A program made the position numbers and the translations under genes. The notes beneath the pieces are model-generated. The model was not told the DNA's origin. It searched no databases and saw only the letters and a list, made by a program, of their open reading frames with translations. Below, in pieces: positions 7,441 through 18,314 of a stretch of 64,000 bases of DNA; positions within the stretch are counted from its first letter, which is position 1, and the number at the start of each line of letters is the position of its first letter. Source of the stretch: Phascolarctobacterium succinatutens (GTDB lineage Bacteria; Bacillota; Clostridia; Christensenellales; CAG-917); NCBI GenBank assembly GCA_963593735.1, contig CAVBBF010000003.1, forward strand, positions 72 through 64,071, in the 5' to 3' direction.

Positions 7441-9825
7441 ATGAAGAAAAAATTTGGCGCAATCGGACTGATAATTCTTGTAAACCTCGTGATTTCAAAC
7501 ATCGTGGTGCTTGGCGTGTTGCACGACAATTTGAGTTTGATGCCGTACATCAAGTGCGAAGTGTTTTTGTTTGTGCTGTTGATGTTGTTTGCAAACGTAC
7601 TGTTTTCAAACAAATTTTGCAGCGGAAAGGCGCAGGAATGGTTGTTTTTCCTTTCGGTTTCCCTTCTTGTCGCGCTGTTGCTGGCGTTTGTGTTGTACGC
7701 GTTTATCAAGAGCGATTGGAACATAAAAGGCATCGCCTGGGGCGTATGCGTTCAATCCATACTCGATTGGGATTGGCTCTATTTTGGCATCGCGCTCGGG
7801 TTTTTCATCGGATTTGCCGCGTTTTATTGCGGAGTGTTCGACCGCGGATTGTTGCGTTTTGCAAGAACGTCGGGCTTGATCGGCAAAGGCAAAATCGACA
7901 GCATAGAGGCGAACCTCGAAAACTCGCGCTGGATGAGCAAAGAGGAAAAACAGAAAGTTTTCAAAGATTGTCAATATACAAAACTTGCCCAACTCGAAAA
8001 GGACGGCGTGCCGGTGATGGCGCAACTCAACAAGAAGGGTACGGACGAAGAAGTGTTGTTCAATTCGCCTTGCCATTCGATCATCATAGGCGCGACGGGC
8101 TCGGGCAAAACGACGACGTTCGTAAGCCCTATGATTCAGATTCTCGCGTCCACTAAGGCGGGCTCGTCAATGGTTATGACAGACCCAAAAGGTGAATTGT
8201 TCAATCTTCACTCGGCATATCTTGCAGAGAGGGGATACGACGTGAAAGTCATCGATTTGAGAGACACATACACATCGTATCGCTGGAATCCGCTCGATGC
8301 AATCTGGGACAACTATCAAAAGTACGCCGACGCTCACAACAACGCGTATCTGCACAAGGACGCTCTTGACGAGAGTATGCCGAAGGGCAGTGCGAGCGAA
8401 ACTTTCGAGGGCAAAGCCGTCTGGTATGAATTCGAGGGGCGCGCGTATTCGGAGTATAACGATCTTGTGAACGCAATCAAGGTGTTCAAGCGCAAGACTT
8501 ACGACGAGGTTTACGAGGATTTGAACGACCTCGTGTCCGTGCTTATTCCAATAGAAAACGAAAGAGATCCGATGTGGGAAAAGGGCGCAAGGAGCATTAC
8601 GCTCGCAACCCTTCTTGCCATGCTCGAGGACAGCGAGGAAGAAAGCCTCTGCATGACAAAGGAGAAATTCAACTTTTTCAACCTCACCAAGATTTTGCAA
8701 AATTCATCGGAGGACTATTTGCAACTGCGCAGATACTTTGCAGGCAGAAGTCCTTTGTCAAAGGCGTATTCGCTCTCGAAGCAGGTTTGCGACGCGGCGG
8801 AATCCACTCGTGCGTCGTATATGTCCGTCGTTTACGAGAAGTTGACGCTTTTCAACGACGCGGGCATATGCGCGCTCACTTCGTCGTCGGATTTTTCACC
8901 CGAAGACCTCGCCGCAAAGCCGACCGCGCTCTTCCTCAAAATACCCGACGAAAAGACCACGAGGCACAATCTCGCAGGTATTTTTGTGCTTAATTTGTAC
9001 AAACAACTCATCAAAGTCGCTTCGGCAAATTCCGACCTTACCTTGCCGCGCAACGTCTACTACATCCTTGATGAATTCGGAAATATGCCGAAAATCGAAA
9101 ACTTCGACAAGATGATAACCGTGGGCAGAAGCCGCAAGATATGGTTCAATATGATTGTGCAGTCCTACTCGCAACTCAACAACGTCTACGGCGACAGAGT
9201 GGCGGATATCATCAAGGGCAACTGCGGAATCAAGATGTTCATCGGCTCAAACGATTTGGCAACTTGCAAGGAGTTCTCCGAACTTTGCGGCAACGTGACG
9301 GTTGTCACAAAGTCCACAAGCGGCACGGATATGGACAAGGCGGTCAACGTGTCCACGCAAACGCAGGTCAGACCGCTCATTTATCCGAGCGAACTTCAAA
9401 GGCTCAATCACGGAAGCGACATAGGACATTCGATTATAGTGACGTTTGGCAACTATCCGTTCAAGAGTTACTTTACGCCGAGCTTCAAAGTGCCGCTGTA
9501 CAAGACGGGCGCAATGGATACGTCCTTCCTTGCCGAGAGGTATTTTGACGAGGACGCAATCTTCTATGACGCACAAAAGCGCAACGATATCGTTTTCAAT
9601 CAAAGCGAGGACGGCGGCGTGACGACCGAGACGGAATTGACGGCACAAAAAACGACAAAAATCGACTTGTCCGAAAACGAAAACGTTGAAAAAGAGGACG
9701 TCAAAAATGACGTACTGGGCAACGACAGCAACAAAAAATGGCTCGAACAGTGGATAAAATTCAGACAAGAGCATCCCGAATTGAGCGAAAAAGACATCTT
9801 CGCAAAATTGGAAGGATTGTCATGA
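7441..9825 (+). CDS. Type IV coupling protein (VirD4/TraG/TraD family ATPase)
   Basis: It has N-terminal TM helices, Walker A IIIGATGSGKTTT, Walker B YYILDEFGNMPKI, and the family-typical GRSRKIWFNMIVQSYSQLNNVYG segment. Confidence 0.9.
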   Translation: MKKKFGAIGLIILVNLVISNIVVLGVLHDNLSLMPYIKCEVFLFVLLMLFANVLFSNKFCSGKAQEWLFFLSVSLLVALLLAFVLYAFIKSDWNIKGIAWGVCVQSILDWDWLYFGIALGFFIGFAAFYCGVFDRGLLRFARTSGLIGKGKIDSIEANLENSRWMSKEEKQKVFKDCQYTKLAQLEKDGVPVMAQLNKKGTDEEVLFNSPCHSIIIGATGSGKTTTFVSPMIQILASTKAGSSMVMTDPKGELFNLHSAYLAERGYDVKVIDLRDTYTSYRWNPLDAIWDNYQKYADAHNNAYLHKDALDESMPKGSASETFEGKAVWYEFEGRAYSEYNDLVNAIKVFKRKTYDEVYEDLNDLVSVLIPIENERDPMWEKGARSITLATLLAMLEDSEEESLCMTKEKFNFFNLTKILQNSSEDYLQLRRYFAGRSPLSKAYSLSKQVCDAAESTRASYMSVVYEKLTLFNDAGICALTSSSDFSPEDLAAKPTALFLKIPDEKTTRHNLAGIFVLNLYKQLIKVASANSDLTLPRNVYYILDEFGNMPKIENFDKMITVGRSRKIWFNMIVQSYSQLNNVYGDRVADIIKGNCGIKMFIGSNDLATCKEFSELCGNVTVVTKSTSGTDMDKAVNVSTQTQVRPLIYPSELQRLNHGSDIGHSIIVTFGNYPFKSYFTPSFKVPLYKTGAMDTSFLAERYFDEDAIFYDAQKRNDIVFNQSEDGGVTTETELTAQKTTKIDLSENENVEKEDVKNDVLGNDSNKKWLEQWIKFRQEHPELSEKDIFAKLEGLS

Positions 9826-9841
9826 CATTAAGGATTTGCGC

Positions 9842-12800
9842 ATGAGAAAATCGATTGTAAAAATAACATACCTAAGCATATTGCTTATTTTGGTTGCCAC
9901 GCTCTCGTTATGCGCGGTGGACATCGGCGTTGCGCAAGGCTCGTCATCGGACGCAGTTGCGGCTGATTCGACAAGCACTCCGTCAAACGTGACGTATATT
10001 CACTTCTATGAAGTGAGCACAAGAAATGTAAACGGCTTTTTGTGGCCCGATTCGGCGACGGGCAAAGTCCAGTTGAGCGTGAGCGTGTCAAATCCCGACG
10101 ATACGGTGACTCTCACGATTACAACGCGCAACAAGAGTGCGATTGCCGACGTCGATTACGTTGCGAATTCGCAAACGTATACCCTCACCAAAGCGAGCGG
10201 AACACAGTATTTTACGGTGCAAACCATAAATACGTCGGCACCCAATATCGTGGAAAACGGTCTGAGCAGCGAAAAGGGAACGACGAGGACATTCGAAGTC
10301 GTCGTCTGCTCGATTTCATCCAAACTCGGCAACGAGTGCGTGGTGACGAACGATCCTTACTCCAAGGACAATAGCGAATACAAAGAAGGCTCCGAAAGTT
10401 TCGAGTGCAGAGTCGCAACGCGCTACGATTATGTATACACTCAACAAGACGACGGCGCGTATTTTGACGACTACTTTTACGGCAACAGTTTCGCTTCCGC
10501 CTGGTTCGAGGGCAACGTCAACGCAAAGGACAAAATCTATTATCAAGCGCCGTCGGGCAACAAGGAAGTGTGGGTTGACAACAACGAAAGCTATGACTTT
10601 TCGATGACGTTTGACAGGCTCGTCGGCTACGATTATATCCTGAAATATATGAAGACGGGCTGGGCGGACGTATACTACGGCGGCTCGGCGGTTTTGTACG
10701 AGAGCGGTTGGAGCACCGTCGATACAAGGGCAACTCTCACCCTCAAGGAAGCGAGGGATGACGGGGAAGGAACCATTTATTATTCTGCAGATTACTGGGA
10801 CCCCAAGAGCAGCGGCGCGCCGATTTTGTTCGGCGTTGATGCGTATGCGCACGGAGGCAACGACAGTTATAGATATTACATAGAAGAAAATTCGGCAATC
10901 ACGGGCTATACGGTGTACAACACGAACGACCCGATGTACAGCCGCGTTGCAAGTTACGGTTTTTCGTCGGTCGGCGGCAAGGTGTACAAGGGCAACGGCG
11001 AGAGCGTTACGCTCCACGTAACGCGCGATTCGACCTGGAAAATGGTGTTTTCCGCTTTGCGTATAGACAGCGAACTTTATGACACCGCCGCACCCACGGT
11101 GCAGGGAACATATCTCGACAACCTTTCAAACACAACGGACAACAAAGTGTTGCGCTTGTCGGTGAGATTTTCCGAGCCGGTGCATTTTGCCTCGAACGTA
11201 AATACGAGTGCCGTCAAGATTACAGGCTACAAAAAAGGAGACGCGACAAAGCCGATTTCGTTTGCTTATGCGGGCGGTAGCGGAACGGACACGCTTTATT
11301 TCGATTGCAATCTGGAAGAGTATGAAAACAAGTACGCTTCCATTGAGTCGATAAAGTTTACCAAAGGATCGTTCAAGGATGTGCTTGGCGGAAAAGTGTG
11401 CGACTATGCCTACAATTTTGCATTGAGCAACAATATCGTCGATTCCGACTCTTTCGGGGACGTTGCGTTTGACAATCTCAACATAGATATGCGCACGCCC
11501 GATGTGAGCGTCACGAATACATCCTCGGCGACGAGCAAATCGCACACAGCGACAGTCACGGTGACAAATATGGACGCAAGCGGCGCAAAGTTGTATTATA
11601 CATGGGTGGAAGCGTCCAAAGTGACCGACCCCGACAAGTATGTGCCGCAATCGTATTTGTATTGCAACACCACAAGTCCGACTAAATATACAGTCACCGG
11701 TGAAAATTTTGACGGAGAATATTATCTTTACGTCAAAGCGCAATCCGCTTACGGAAAAGAGGGATTTGCGCACTCTGCAAAGTTGTCGTTTGACAACACG
11801 CCTATATTCTTTGAGTCGGTTGACGGCGGCAATTCAAACGCCGCTCTTTCGGAAAGAAGTTTTAAAATCGCAGTGAACGGAAACGCAGCCGATCTCGATA
11901 CTTTGACAATGGGGTACAGGCAGTCGGACAACACCGAGTGGAAATGGTTGACGCTGTCTCCGTCCTTCGTTTACCACGAGATAGAGGACACCGCAGACTG
12001 GACTTATACGGTGAAAGCCAAAGATACGCTCGGAATGGGCGATAACAAGAGCCAAAGATTCTACTTCAAGTTTGTAACCAAAGACAAAGCGGGCAACGAG
12101 GCTATGTTTGAAACCATAGATTCGTTGCTGTTCGACACCTGCGATCGTTGCAAGCTGAGCCTGACAATAAGAGGAACGTCATACGCCGTTTCCGAGAGCG
12201 CAGAGGCACCCTCAACGATAATCGGCTCGGGCAACTCGTATCAAAACACATACAAGGCAGACGGCTTTACGTTGTCGTTTGACGGGGGCGCGACCGCAGA
12301 CAATTTGCAGTTGGCATCGCTCAAAATCGGCTCGGACGACGTGACGGCAAGTGCGAGCTATTATTTCGACGTCGAACAGGGCAGCGATACGTCAAAACTC
12401 ACCCTTACATACAAACGTAAAAGCGGCGATACATTTGTCGGAGGGTATTATACCATTCAGATCAAATCCTCTGACAAGACATCGGACGTTTACACGTTCT
12501 ATCTCATGGGCGACAGCGATGACGTTGCCGGGTACAAGGCTCTTGAGGACAACAAGTTGGTTGCAAACAAGGTTTGGATGCTGTCGGGTGTGGACTACTA
12601 TTATTGGAGTTCAAGCACGACCATCGGCAAAATCACCCAATACAACACCCAAAACAATCCTCTCGTGTTCTCGTCCTACGACACAGCGAAGAACTATGTC
12701 GAATTTATGGAATGGCAGGATTTGTCGCTCGTTCAACTCACCGACGCTTACGCAACGGCAATCAACAACAACCAAAGCGAGTACTACAGAAAGGCGAAAG

Positions 12801-15800
12801 ACGAAACAGCCACGGCAAAAGCGGGTCAAACCTGGATAAGATATAAGGCGACAGACTGGAGTCCGACAAGCGATCGGGCGAGCGATATGAAGTACTGGAA
12901 TTTGTATTTCTATTCCGAAACGACCGTCACAAGCATAGACACCGATTTGATTTCGTCAAACCTCTCCAAAGCGATGGATTCCGTTGTCTCTTCGATTATG
13001 ACAAACGGCAGTTACGTCTATCTTGTCGGCAACGATTGGCTTGACGGTCGCAACGTGCCTACTATAGATTCGTCGCGCGTGCGCGCAAGCGTTATTACCG
13101 TTGAAAAGACAAAGACGAACGTTGAGTTTGCAACCGCTTCGGGTGTGACAAAACCGATATCATATTCGGGCGACGAATATATATACAACAGTCAATATAC
13201 GGATTCGGACGGGAAGACATATCCCTTTGCGGTGCAAAAGTGCAACGTTTCCGACTATACGTCTATATATTACAAGGCGCATGACAAAGACGAATATACA
13301 AAAGTATCATTGTCCGGCAATTACTATTATCTGAAAGATCTTATCAAAGGCACGGGAATTTACGACATAGTCGAGCGCGACGAGAAAGGCGTGAGAGAAT
13401 ATTCGGTGTTTATCGACAATTCCTCGCCCGACTTCAAGGTCGCTTACAAAACCATAAACGGCGAGAGCGTCGAAACAATCAGAAACGGCAGCATCAAAAC
13501 ACTCAACGTCAAGGAGTTTACATTCAAGGCTCTCGTGGACGATGACGAGTGCGCCTACGTTGCGGTCTACACGTTGGACGAAAAACTCAAATTCGTAAAG
13601 CACGCAAGCGAAATCAAAGACGGCGATACCCTCGAAGACGGAAAGTATTTGATCTATTTGTACGATCGCTCGGGCAACGGATATAGTTTCACGCTCAGAG
13701 TATGCAGTCGGGACTTGGCAAACGCTTGCACGGTCACAGAGTCGCCAAACGAAAAAATCACGTTCACATACACGGAAGACAGGGATGAAATTTATCGTTT
13801 CGAAATCTATCTCGACAACGTGCTTATCGCAAACGACATATCGCAGTTGAAACAAAACAAACTCACATTCTATGCAGGCGGCGTGTATCGTTTTTACGTC
13901 GAGGATTTGTACGGAAACGTCTTTGACAAGACCGTCGAACTCACGCGCAAAGCGCCCGAACTCGACTGGTACGTTGAGGAAGACGGTCAATTTGTCAAAG
14001 TCAACGACGGCGATTTGGGCTTGATAAAAACAAGATTGAGCGAGTCCGAATTTTTGATTACGAGCAAGGGCAGAGTCAATTTCCGCTTCCCCATAGGCAA
14101 CATCGGCTATGAATATGTCGGCACGCAAAAACCGCAACAAAGCACGGTTTCCGGTCATACGTCGGTGATCATCAATCAAACCGACAATTGGCAATTTAAG
14201 GTATATTATACTAATTATCCAAGTTTATATACTATATATTCGGGCAAGTCGGATACGTCCGCTCCCACGATATCGGCAACCACAAACAGACCCTCATATA
14301 CTTTCGCCGACGAAGACGAGAGCGCAATAGCCACTTACTTCGAGAATCATACAAACGTCAAGGAAGGGGACGTTATCAATCTCCCGAGCGTTTCGGTTGC
14401 GCAGACGACGGTCACAACGCAAACGGTCGCGTCGGGCGAACTTGTGCTCGGCGGCACGGTCACCGTGAGAGTGTCGGATTTGTCGGGACTTTATAAGTGG
14501 TCGTACACTTACAACGGCGAAACAACCGAATACACCTCGAATTTCCCCGACAAAGTCATGTTTGGCAAAGAGGGCGCATACAGCATCGTCGCAACGGACA
14601 AACTCGGCAACACATCATCTTTCTCGTTTTCGATAGGACGCACCGAATGCACCGAGATAAGCGTTGACAATCTCGAGGGAGTCACCTCGGAAGTCGGCAA
14701 CAACAACGTCATCGCAACGCTCGAGGGCGCAGGCAGTTTCGCATTTGTGCTTGACGGAGAGTATTTCAAGTTGTCAACGGACGGCAGCAATCTCGTGCGC
14801 ACGATTTTGAAAGTGGGTAAAAAGAACGAAGAAGGCAAGTTCACGGCAGTGCAGTACAAAGAGACGCTCGGGCAACTGACCTCAACTCCGAAAACGATTG
14901 CCGAAAACACGTCAAGGACTTTGAACGCATACCTCAAAGACGGCGTTGTGTACCTCGAAGTCGCGCTCAAGGAAAGAGTAAAAGACGAGGTGCATAAGAC
15001 AAGCGTGCAACTGCGCGTCCAATCGGACTTGGTTGCGGACATCAAATATACAAACACGACTCTTTCGGACGAGAGAGCGTATCTCGATTGCGAGTACACC
15101 GACAAAGACGGCGTGGCAACGTCTTGCTCGCTCGAAACAACCCTTTACACCAACAAGGAGTTCAAAGTTTCGCTTCCTGACGGCGCTACGACGTTTACCG
15201 TTTACTATTCGGCAGACGGCAGCGACTTCAAAATACTCGATTTCTATGACAAAAACGACGGCGCGCAGACATTCGGCAATCAAGGATATTACGAATTCGA
15301 GGTCTACAACACGTACGGCAATCCGTCAACCGTCAGAGTGGTGGTTTGCGACGGCATTGCGGCAAGCGGCGCAGTCACATACAAAGACGGGACGGTTGTG
15401 AGATACGGCATCGACTTCGGCGGAAAATTCTACTCGAACTACTCCTTCTCGCTGACTTTCGGCAAAGATATCGTCTGCACGGTCACAAAGGACGGCAAAG
15501 CGTTTGACGGCTACGATAAAAAGACCGAAAAAGACAACAGCGCAATCACTGTTTCGGCGCAGGGGGTATATGTGTTTACGCTCAACGACGCATACGGCAA
15601 CGTCGTGTCGAAAGAAGTCGAAATCAAGGAGCAATCGCTTGAATTTTCGGACAAATGGCTTGGCGGTTTCAACGACAAGGCGCTGAGAAAGAGCGAGGGC
15701 TACACAAACGGCAAAGTGTTCTTTGACATCGACAATCTGACAAGCGGAAACGTAAAATTTGTCTCGGTGACTTTCGGGGATGCGACTTCGGTTGTCTATG

Positions 15801-17239
15801 ACAAAACGCCGTCGAAAGACATAAATAACCTTAAAAACTATCTTGTCGGCGATGACGGCGACGGGAAATACACAATCGTGTTCAGAGATATTTACGGCAA
15901 CAGGGCGGACAAAGAGATTCACTATCAATCCGCGTCGCCGCTCAGCGTATCTCGCACAACTCGTTCTATGGAAAAGACGAGTTATGAAATCACCGACGAC
16001 GTGCTTGAAAGCGGAATCTGGAGCAACAAGACAATCTCGCTCTCGACCACAGCCGCCGTTTCGAACTTCCTTGTCAACGGACAGCGCAGAGATTTGCCGT
16101 TCAGCGTGGATTTTGAAAGCGAATCGGGCAGCGGTAAGTTGGAATACGAGATAGAATATCTTGACGAATTCGGCTTCGAATACAAGTTCACATGCGTGCT
16201 TTATCGCGCAAACGTCGAAATAGATTCGAGCGGTATGAGCGTCAAGGACGGCGTGACGAGAGACCCTGTCGCAATCGCTTTTGACGAAAACAACACGGCA
16301 ACAATCACGATAAACGGCGTGGATAAGGGCGAGTATAAGAGCGGAACGCACTACTCCGTGGACGGAAATTACGTCATCTCGGTCTTCGACAAGGCGGGCA
16401 ACGTCGCAAGATACTCTATCAAGCGCGACAGCGTCGCAGAGTTCTGTTTCTATACAGGCAACCTCGAAAAACGGCTCGTGAGCGGAGAGATTACAAACGA
16501 ATCCGCCGTGTCTTTTGCACCTTTGAACAACGATAGCGTGTCTTATTATACGGTATATCGCGACGGAAAAGAGATTGAAAACTACGATTCGAAGACGTTC
16601 ACCGAGAGCGGAAAGTGGGAAATAGTGCTGTTTGACGATGCCGGCAATAAGGATTATTTCTGTTTCTACATCGTGACGCACGCATATGTGTCGTTTGAAT
16701 ACAACACGCCGAGCGGATACAAAATTACGCAAATGACTTGCGACACCGGCGGCGGCAAAATCGATTGGATAGACGCTGTGGACGATATCGGCGACCACTC
16801 GCACGTTCTGTTTGACGAAAGCGGAAAATACGAAGTTGTCATGACATCGGAAATCACAGGGAAGACAAGCGGTTTTTCAATCACAATCGACAAGAGCGTA
16901 CCCGAAATCACGCTTGGCGGCGTGCAAAACGGCGGAATCACAAAGACGGATGTAAAGATTTCGGGATATAAGGCAGGCGACACCGTCTATGTCTATCGCG
17001 ACGGCACGCTCGTTAAGGAAGTGAAGGCAACCTCGTCGTCCGACATCTCCGACATCACCGAAAAGGGCAAATATAAAGTTGTCGTCGTGAGCGAATCGGG
17101 CGCAAGGTCGGAAGTCGAATTCGAAAGAGTTTACACCGCAAACATAGCGACAAGCGCATTGATTATCGCAGCCGTGCTGGTTGTCGTGATAGGCTTGTTT
17201 GTGGGATTGCTCTTCCGCAAGCGTTCGAGAATAGAATAA
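9842..17239 (+). CDS. Giant (about 2465 aa) cell-surface protein. It has a signal peptide, a Calx-beta-like module, many Ig-like repeats and a C-terminal TM anchor.
   Basis: The ATG at 9842 has an AAGGA RBS; the ORF-track TTG at 9836 is an alternative start. The N-terminal hydrophobic leader is ITYLSILLILVATLSLCAV. SAIADVDYVANSQTYTLTKASGTQYFTV is Calx-beta-like. At least 9 repeat ends carry the motif D-x-x-G-N (DLYGNVF, DKLGNTS, DAYGNVV, DIYGNRA, DKAGNVA, DDAGNKD and others). The C-terminus is IATSALIIAAVLVVVIGLFVGLLFRKRSRIE, and there is no LPXTG motif. Confidence 0.85.
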   Translation: MRKSIVKITYLSILLILVATLSLCAVDIGVAQGSSSDAVAADSTSTPSNVTYIHFYEVSTRNVNGFLWPDSATGKVQLSVSVSNPDDTVTLTITTRNKSAIADVDYVANSQTYTLTKASGTQYFTVQTINTSAPNIVENGLSSEKGTTRTFEVVVCSISSKLGNECVVTNDPYSKDNSEYKEGSESFECRVATRYDYVYTQQDDGAYFDDYFYGNSFASAWFEGNVNAKDKIYYQAPSGNKEVWVDNNESYDFSMTFDRLVGYDYILKYMKTGWADVYYGGSAVLYESGWSTVDTRATLTLKEARDDGEGTIYYSADYWDPKSSGAPILFGVDAYAHGGNDSYRYYIEENSAITGYTVYNTNDPMYSRVASYGFSSVGGKVYKGNGESVTLHVTRDSTWKMVFSALRIDSELYDTAAPTVQGTYLDNLSNTTDNKVLRLSVRFSEPVHFASNVNTSAVKITGYKKGDATKPISFAYAGGSGTDTLYFDCNLEEYENKYASIESIKFTKGSFKDVLGGKVCDYAYNFALSNNIVDSDSFGDVAFDNLNIDMRTPDVSVTNTSSATSKSHTATVTVTNMDASGAKLYYTWVEASKVTDPDKYVPQSYLYCNTTSPTKYTVTGENFDGEYYLYVKAQSAYGKEGFAHSAKLSFDNTPIFFESVDGGNSNAALSERSFKIAVNGNAADLDTLTMGYRQSDNTEWKWLTLSPSFVYHEIEDTADWTYTVKAKDTLGMGDNKSQRFYFKFVTKDKAGNEAMFETIDSLLFDTCDRCKLSLTIRGTSYAVSESAEAPSTIIGSGNSYQNTYKADGFTLSFDGGATADNLQLASLKIGSDDVTASASYYFDVEQGSDTSKLTLTYKRKSGDTFVGGYYTIQIKSSDKTSDVYTFYLMGDSDDVAGYKALEDNKLVANKVWMLSGVDYYYWSSSTTIGKITQYNTQNNPLVFSSYDTAKNYVEFMEWQDLSLVQLTDAYATAINNNQSEYYRKAKDETATAKAGQTWIRYKATDWSPTSDRASDMKYWNLYFYSETTVTSIDTDLISSNLSKAMDSVVSSIMTNGSYVYLVGNDWLDGRNVPTIDSSRVRASVITVEKTKTNVEFATASGVTKPISYSGDEYIYNSQYTDSDGKTYPFAVQKCNVSDYTSIYYKAHDKDEYTKVSLSGNYYYLKDLIKGTGIYDIVERDEKGVREYSVFIDNSSPDFKVAYKTINGESVETIRNGSIKTLNVKEFTFKALVDDDECAYVAVYTLDEKLKFVKHASEIKDGDTLEDGKYLIYLYDRSGNGYSFTLRVCSRDLANACTVTESPNEKITFTYTEDRDEIYRFEIYLDNVLIANDISQLKQNKLTFYAGGVYRFYVEDLYGNVFDKTVELTRKAPELDWYVEEDGQFVKVNDGDLGLIKTRLSESEFLITSKGRVNFRFPIGNIGYEYVGTQKPQQSTVSGHTSVIINQTDNWQFKVYYTNYPSLYTIYSGKSDTSAPTISATTNRPSYTFADEDESAIATYFENHTNVKEGDVINLPSVSVAQTTVTTQTVASGELVLGGTVTVRVSDLSGLYKWSYTYNGETTEYTSNFPDKVMFGKEGAYSIVATDKLGNTSSFSFSIGRTECTEISVDNLEGVTSEVGNNNVIATLEGAGSFAFVLDGEYFKLSTDGSNLVRTILKVGKKNEEGKFTAVQYKETLGQLTSTPKTIAENTSRTLNAYLKDGVVYLEVALKERVKDEVHKTSVQLRVQSDLVADIKYTNTTLSDERAYLDCEYTDKDGVATSCSLETTLYTNKEFKVSLPDGATTFTVYYSADGSDFKILDFYDKNDGAQTFGNQGYYEFEVYNTYGNPSTVRVVVCDGIAASGAVTYKDGTVVRYGIDFGGKFYSNYSFSLTFGKDIVCTVTKDGKAFDGYDKKTEKDNSAITVSAQGVYVFTLNDAYGNVVSKEVEIKEQSLEFSDKWLGGFNDKALRKSEGYTNGKVFFDIDNLTSGNVKFVSVTFGDATSVVYDKTPSKDINNLKNYLVGDDGDGKYTIVFRDIYGNRADKEIHYQSASPLSVSRTTRSMEKTSYEITDDVLESGIWSNKTISLSTTAAVSNFLVNGQRRDLPFSVDFESESGSGKLEYEIEYLDEFGFEYKFTCVLYRANVEIDSSGMSVKDGVTRDPVAIAFDENNTATITINGVDKGEYKSGTHYSVDGNYVISVFDKAGNVARYSIKRDSVAEFCFYTGNLEKRLVSGEITNESAVSFAPLNNDSVSYYTVYRDGKEIENYDSKTFTESGKWEIVLFDDAGNKDYFCFYIVTHAYVSFEYNTPSGYKITQMTCDTGGGKIDWIDAVDDIGDHSHVLFDESGKYEVVMTSEITGKTSGFSITIDKSVPEITLGGVQNGGITKTDVKISGYKAGDTVYVYRDGTLVKEVKATSSSDISDITEKGKYKVVVVSESGARSEVEFERVYTANIATSALIIAAVLVVVIGLFVGLLFRKRSRIE

Positions 17240-17297
17240 AAAACAAAAGCATTTTGCTTGTTATAAAACAAAAAATTCAAACATAGGAGAACAAACA

Positions 17298-17603
17298 ATG
17301 TTTACAAACATCTTATCGGCAGGAATGTCACAAAGCGATCTCGAAAAGATTGTTGCACCGATCCTCGACGTATGCCGCGTCCTCGTCCCCGTTTTGTTGG
17401 CGGTTGTCGGCTCAATCGGCGCAATCTACTGCATCGTGCTCGGAGTCAAGTACGCAAGAGCGGAAGAGCCGCAAGACCATGACAAAGCCAAAAAAGCGCT
17501 CAAAAACGCAATCATCGGTTTCGTACTTATCTTCGTGTTGCTTGCGATGCTCCAAGTCGGATTGAGCGTGTTCGAGGGCTGGTATACACAATATGGTGCA
17601 TAA
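17298..17603 (+). CDS. Small two-TM protein, tentatively VirB2/TrbC pilin-like
   Basis: This is a 101-aa ORF with a strong AGGAGA RBS (17286-17291). Two hydrophobic helices are separated by the charged loop KYARAEEPQDHDKAKKALKNA. It sits immediately upstream of the VirB6-like and VirB4 genes. Confidence 0.55.
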   Translation: MFTNILSAGMSQSDLEKIVAPILDVCRVLVPVLLAVVGSIGAIYCIVLGVKYARAEEPQDHDKAKKALKNAIIGFVLIFVLLAMLQVGLSVFEGWYTQYGA

Positions 17604-18303
17604 AAAAGGCGGGAAAAGTTTTCTTGCCTTTGCAATCTGCCTTATCGTATGCTGTGTGCTTGTCGGCTGCTCGCCAAATCTCGGCAACATCGACAACGAG
17701 GAAGATTTTTATAAAAAGTTTCCCTCGGTCAAGTTTGTCGGGAGCGATCTCAAAGTCGTCGAGAAAGAGTCAAAGTATCTCTACAACGAGAGCGCGGTCA
17801 ACGACTTCAACAACAAGGACTTTGAAAGCCCGATTGAAAGCGACGCATACAAGTATATGGCTGTCGTTGTGGGCGAAGACGTTTCGGTGGAAGAATTCGC
17901 AATCTATGTTCGTTCGGACAAGGACGTCATTTTCAGCGTATATGCGTATGCAAAAAGTCTTCCTCAAACGATTGCAACGGGCGGCGAGTCCGACTTCGAA
18001 ACATACAAAGACGAAGACGGCAATGAAAAAACAAAACTGAAAGAGTTTGACGAACCAAAAAATAGCGATGCCGTCGCTACAAAAACAGTGTCGCTCAAAA
18101 AAGGAGAGTGGACTGCTTTGTACATACGCTCTTTCGACGCTCTCGGCTCGGGCAAATCCGCTTTGCAACTCCAAGAAGGCAGTTGCCTGCTCTTTCAATT
18201 TGCAAACAACTGCGTTGCCTACGATCAAGAAGGCAACCTCATTGAAAACGAATATCCGTCGGCAAACGTGAGTTTCACTGCAATGTTGATTCGCGTCGGC
18301 TAA
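17593..18303 (+). CDS. Lipoprotein of unknown function (candidate T4SS periplasm/wall-spanning component)
   Basis: The signal peptide plus lipobox is FLAFAICLIVCCVLVGCS. The start overlaps the preceding gene by 11 nt, which suggests translational coupling. Confidence 0.7.
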   Translation: MVHKKGGKSFLAFAICLIVCCVLVGCSPNLGNIDNEEDFYKKFPSVKFVGSDLKVVEKESKYLYNESAVNDFNNKDFESPIESDAYKYMAVVVGEDVSVEEFAIYVRSDKDVIFSVYAYAKSLPQTIATGGESDFETYKDEDGNEKTKLKEFDEPKNSDAVATKTVSLKKGEWTALYIRSFDALGSGKSALQLQEGSCLLFQFANNCVAYDQEGNLIENEYPSANVSFTAMLIRVG

Positions 18304-18314
18304 AAGGTGGCAAT

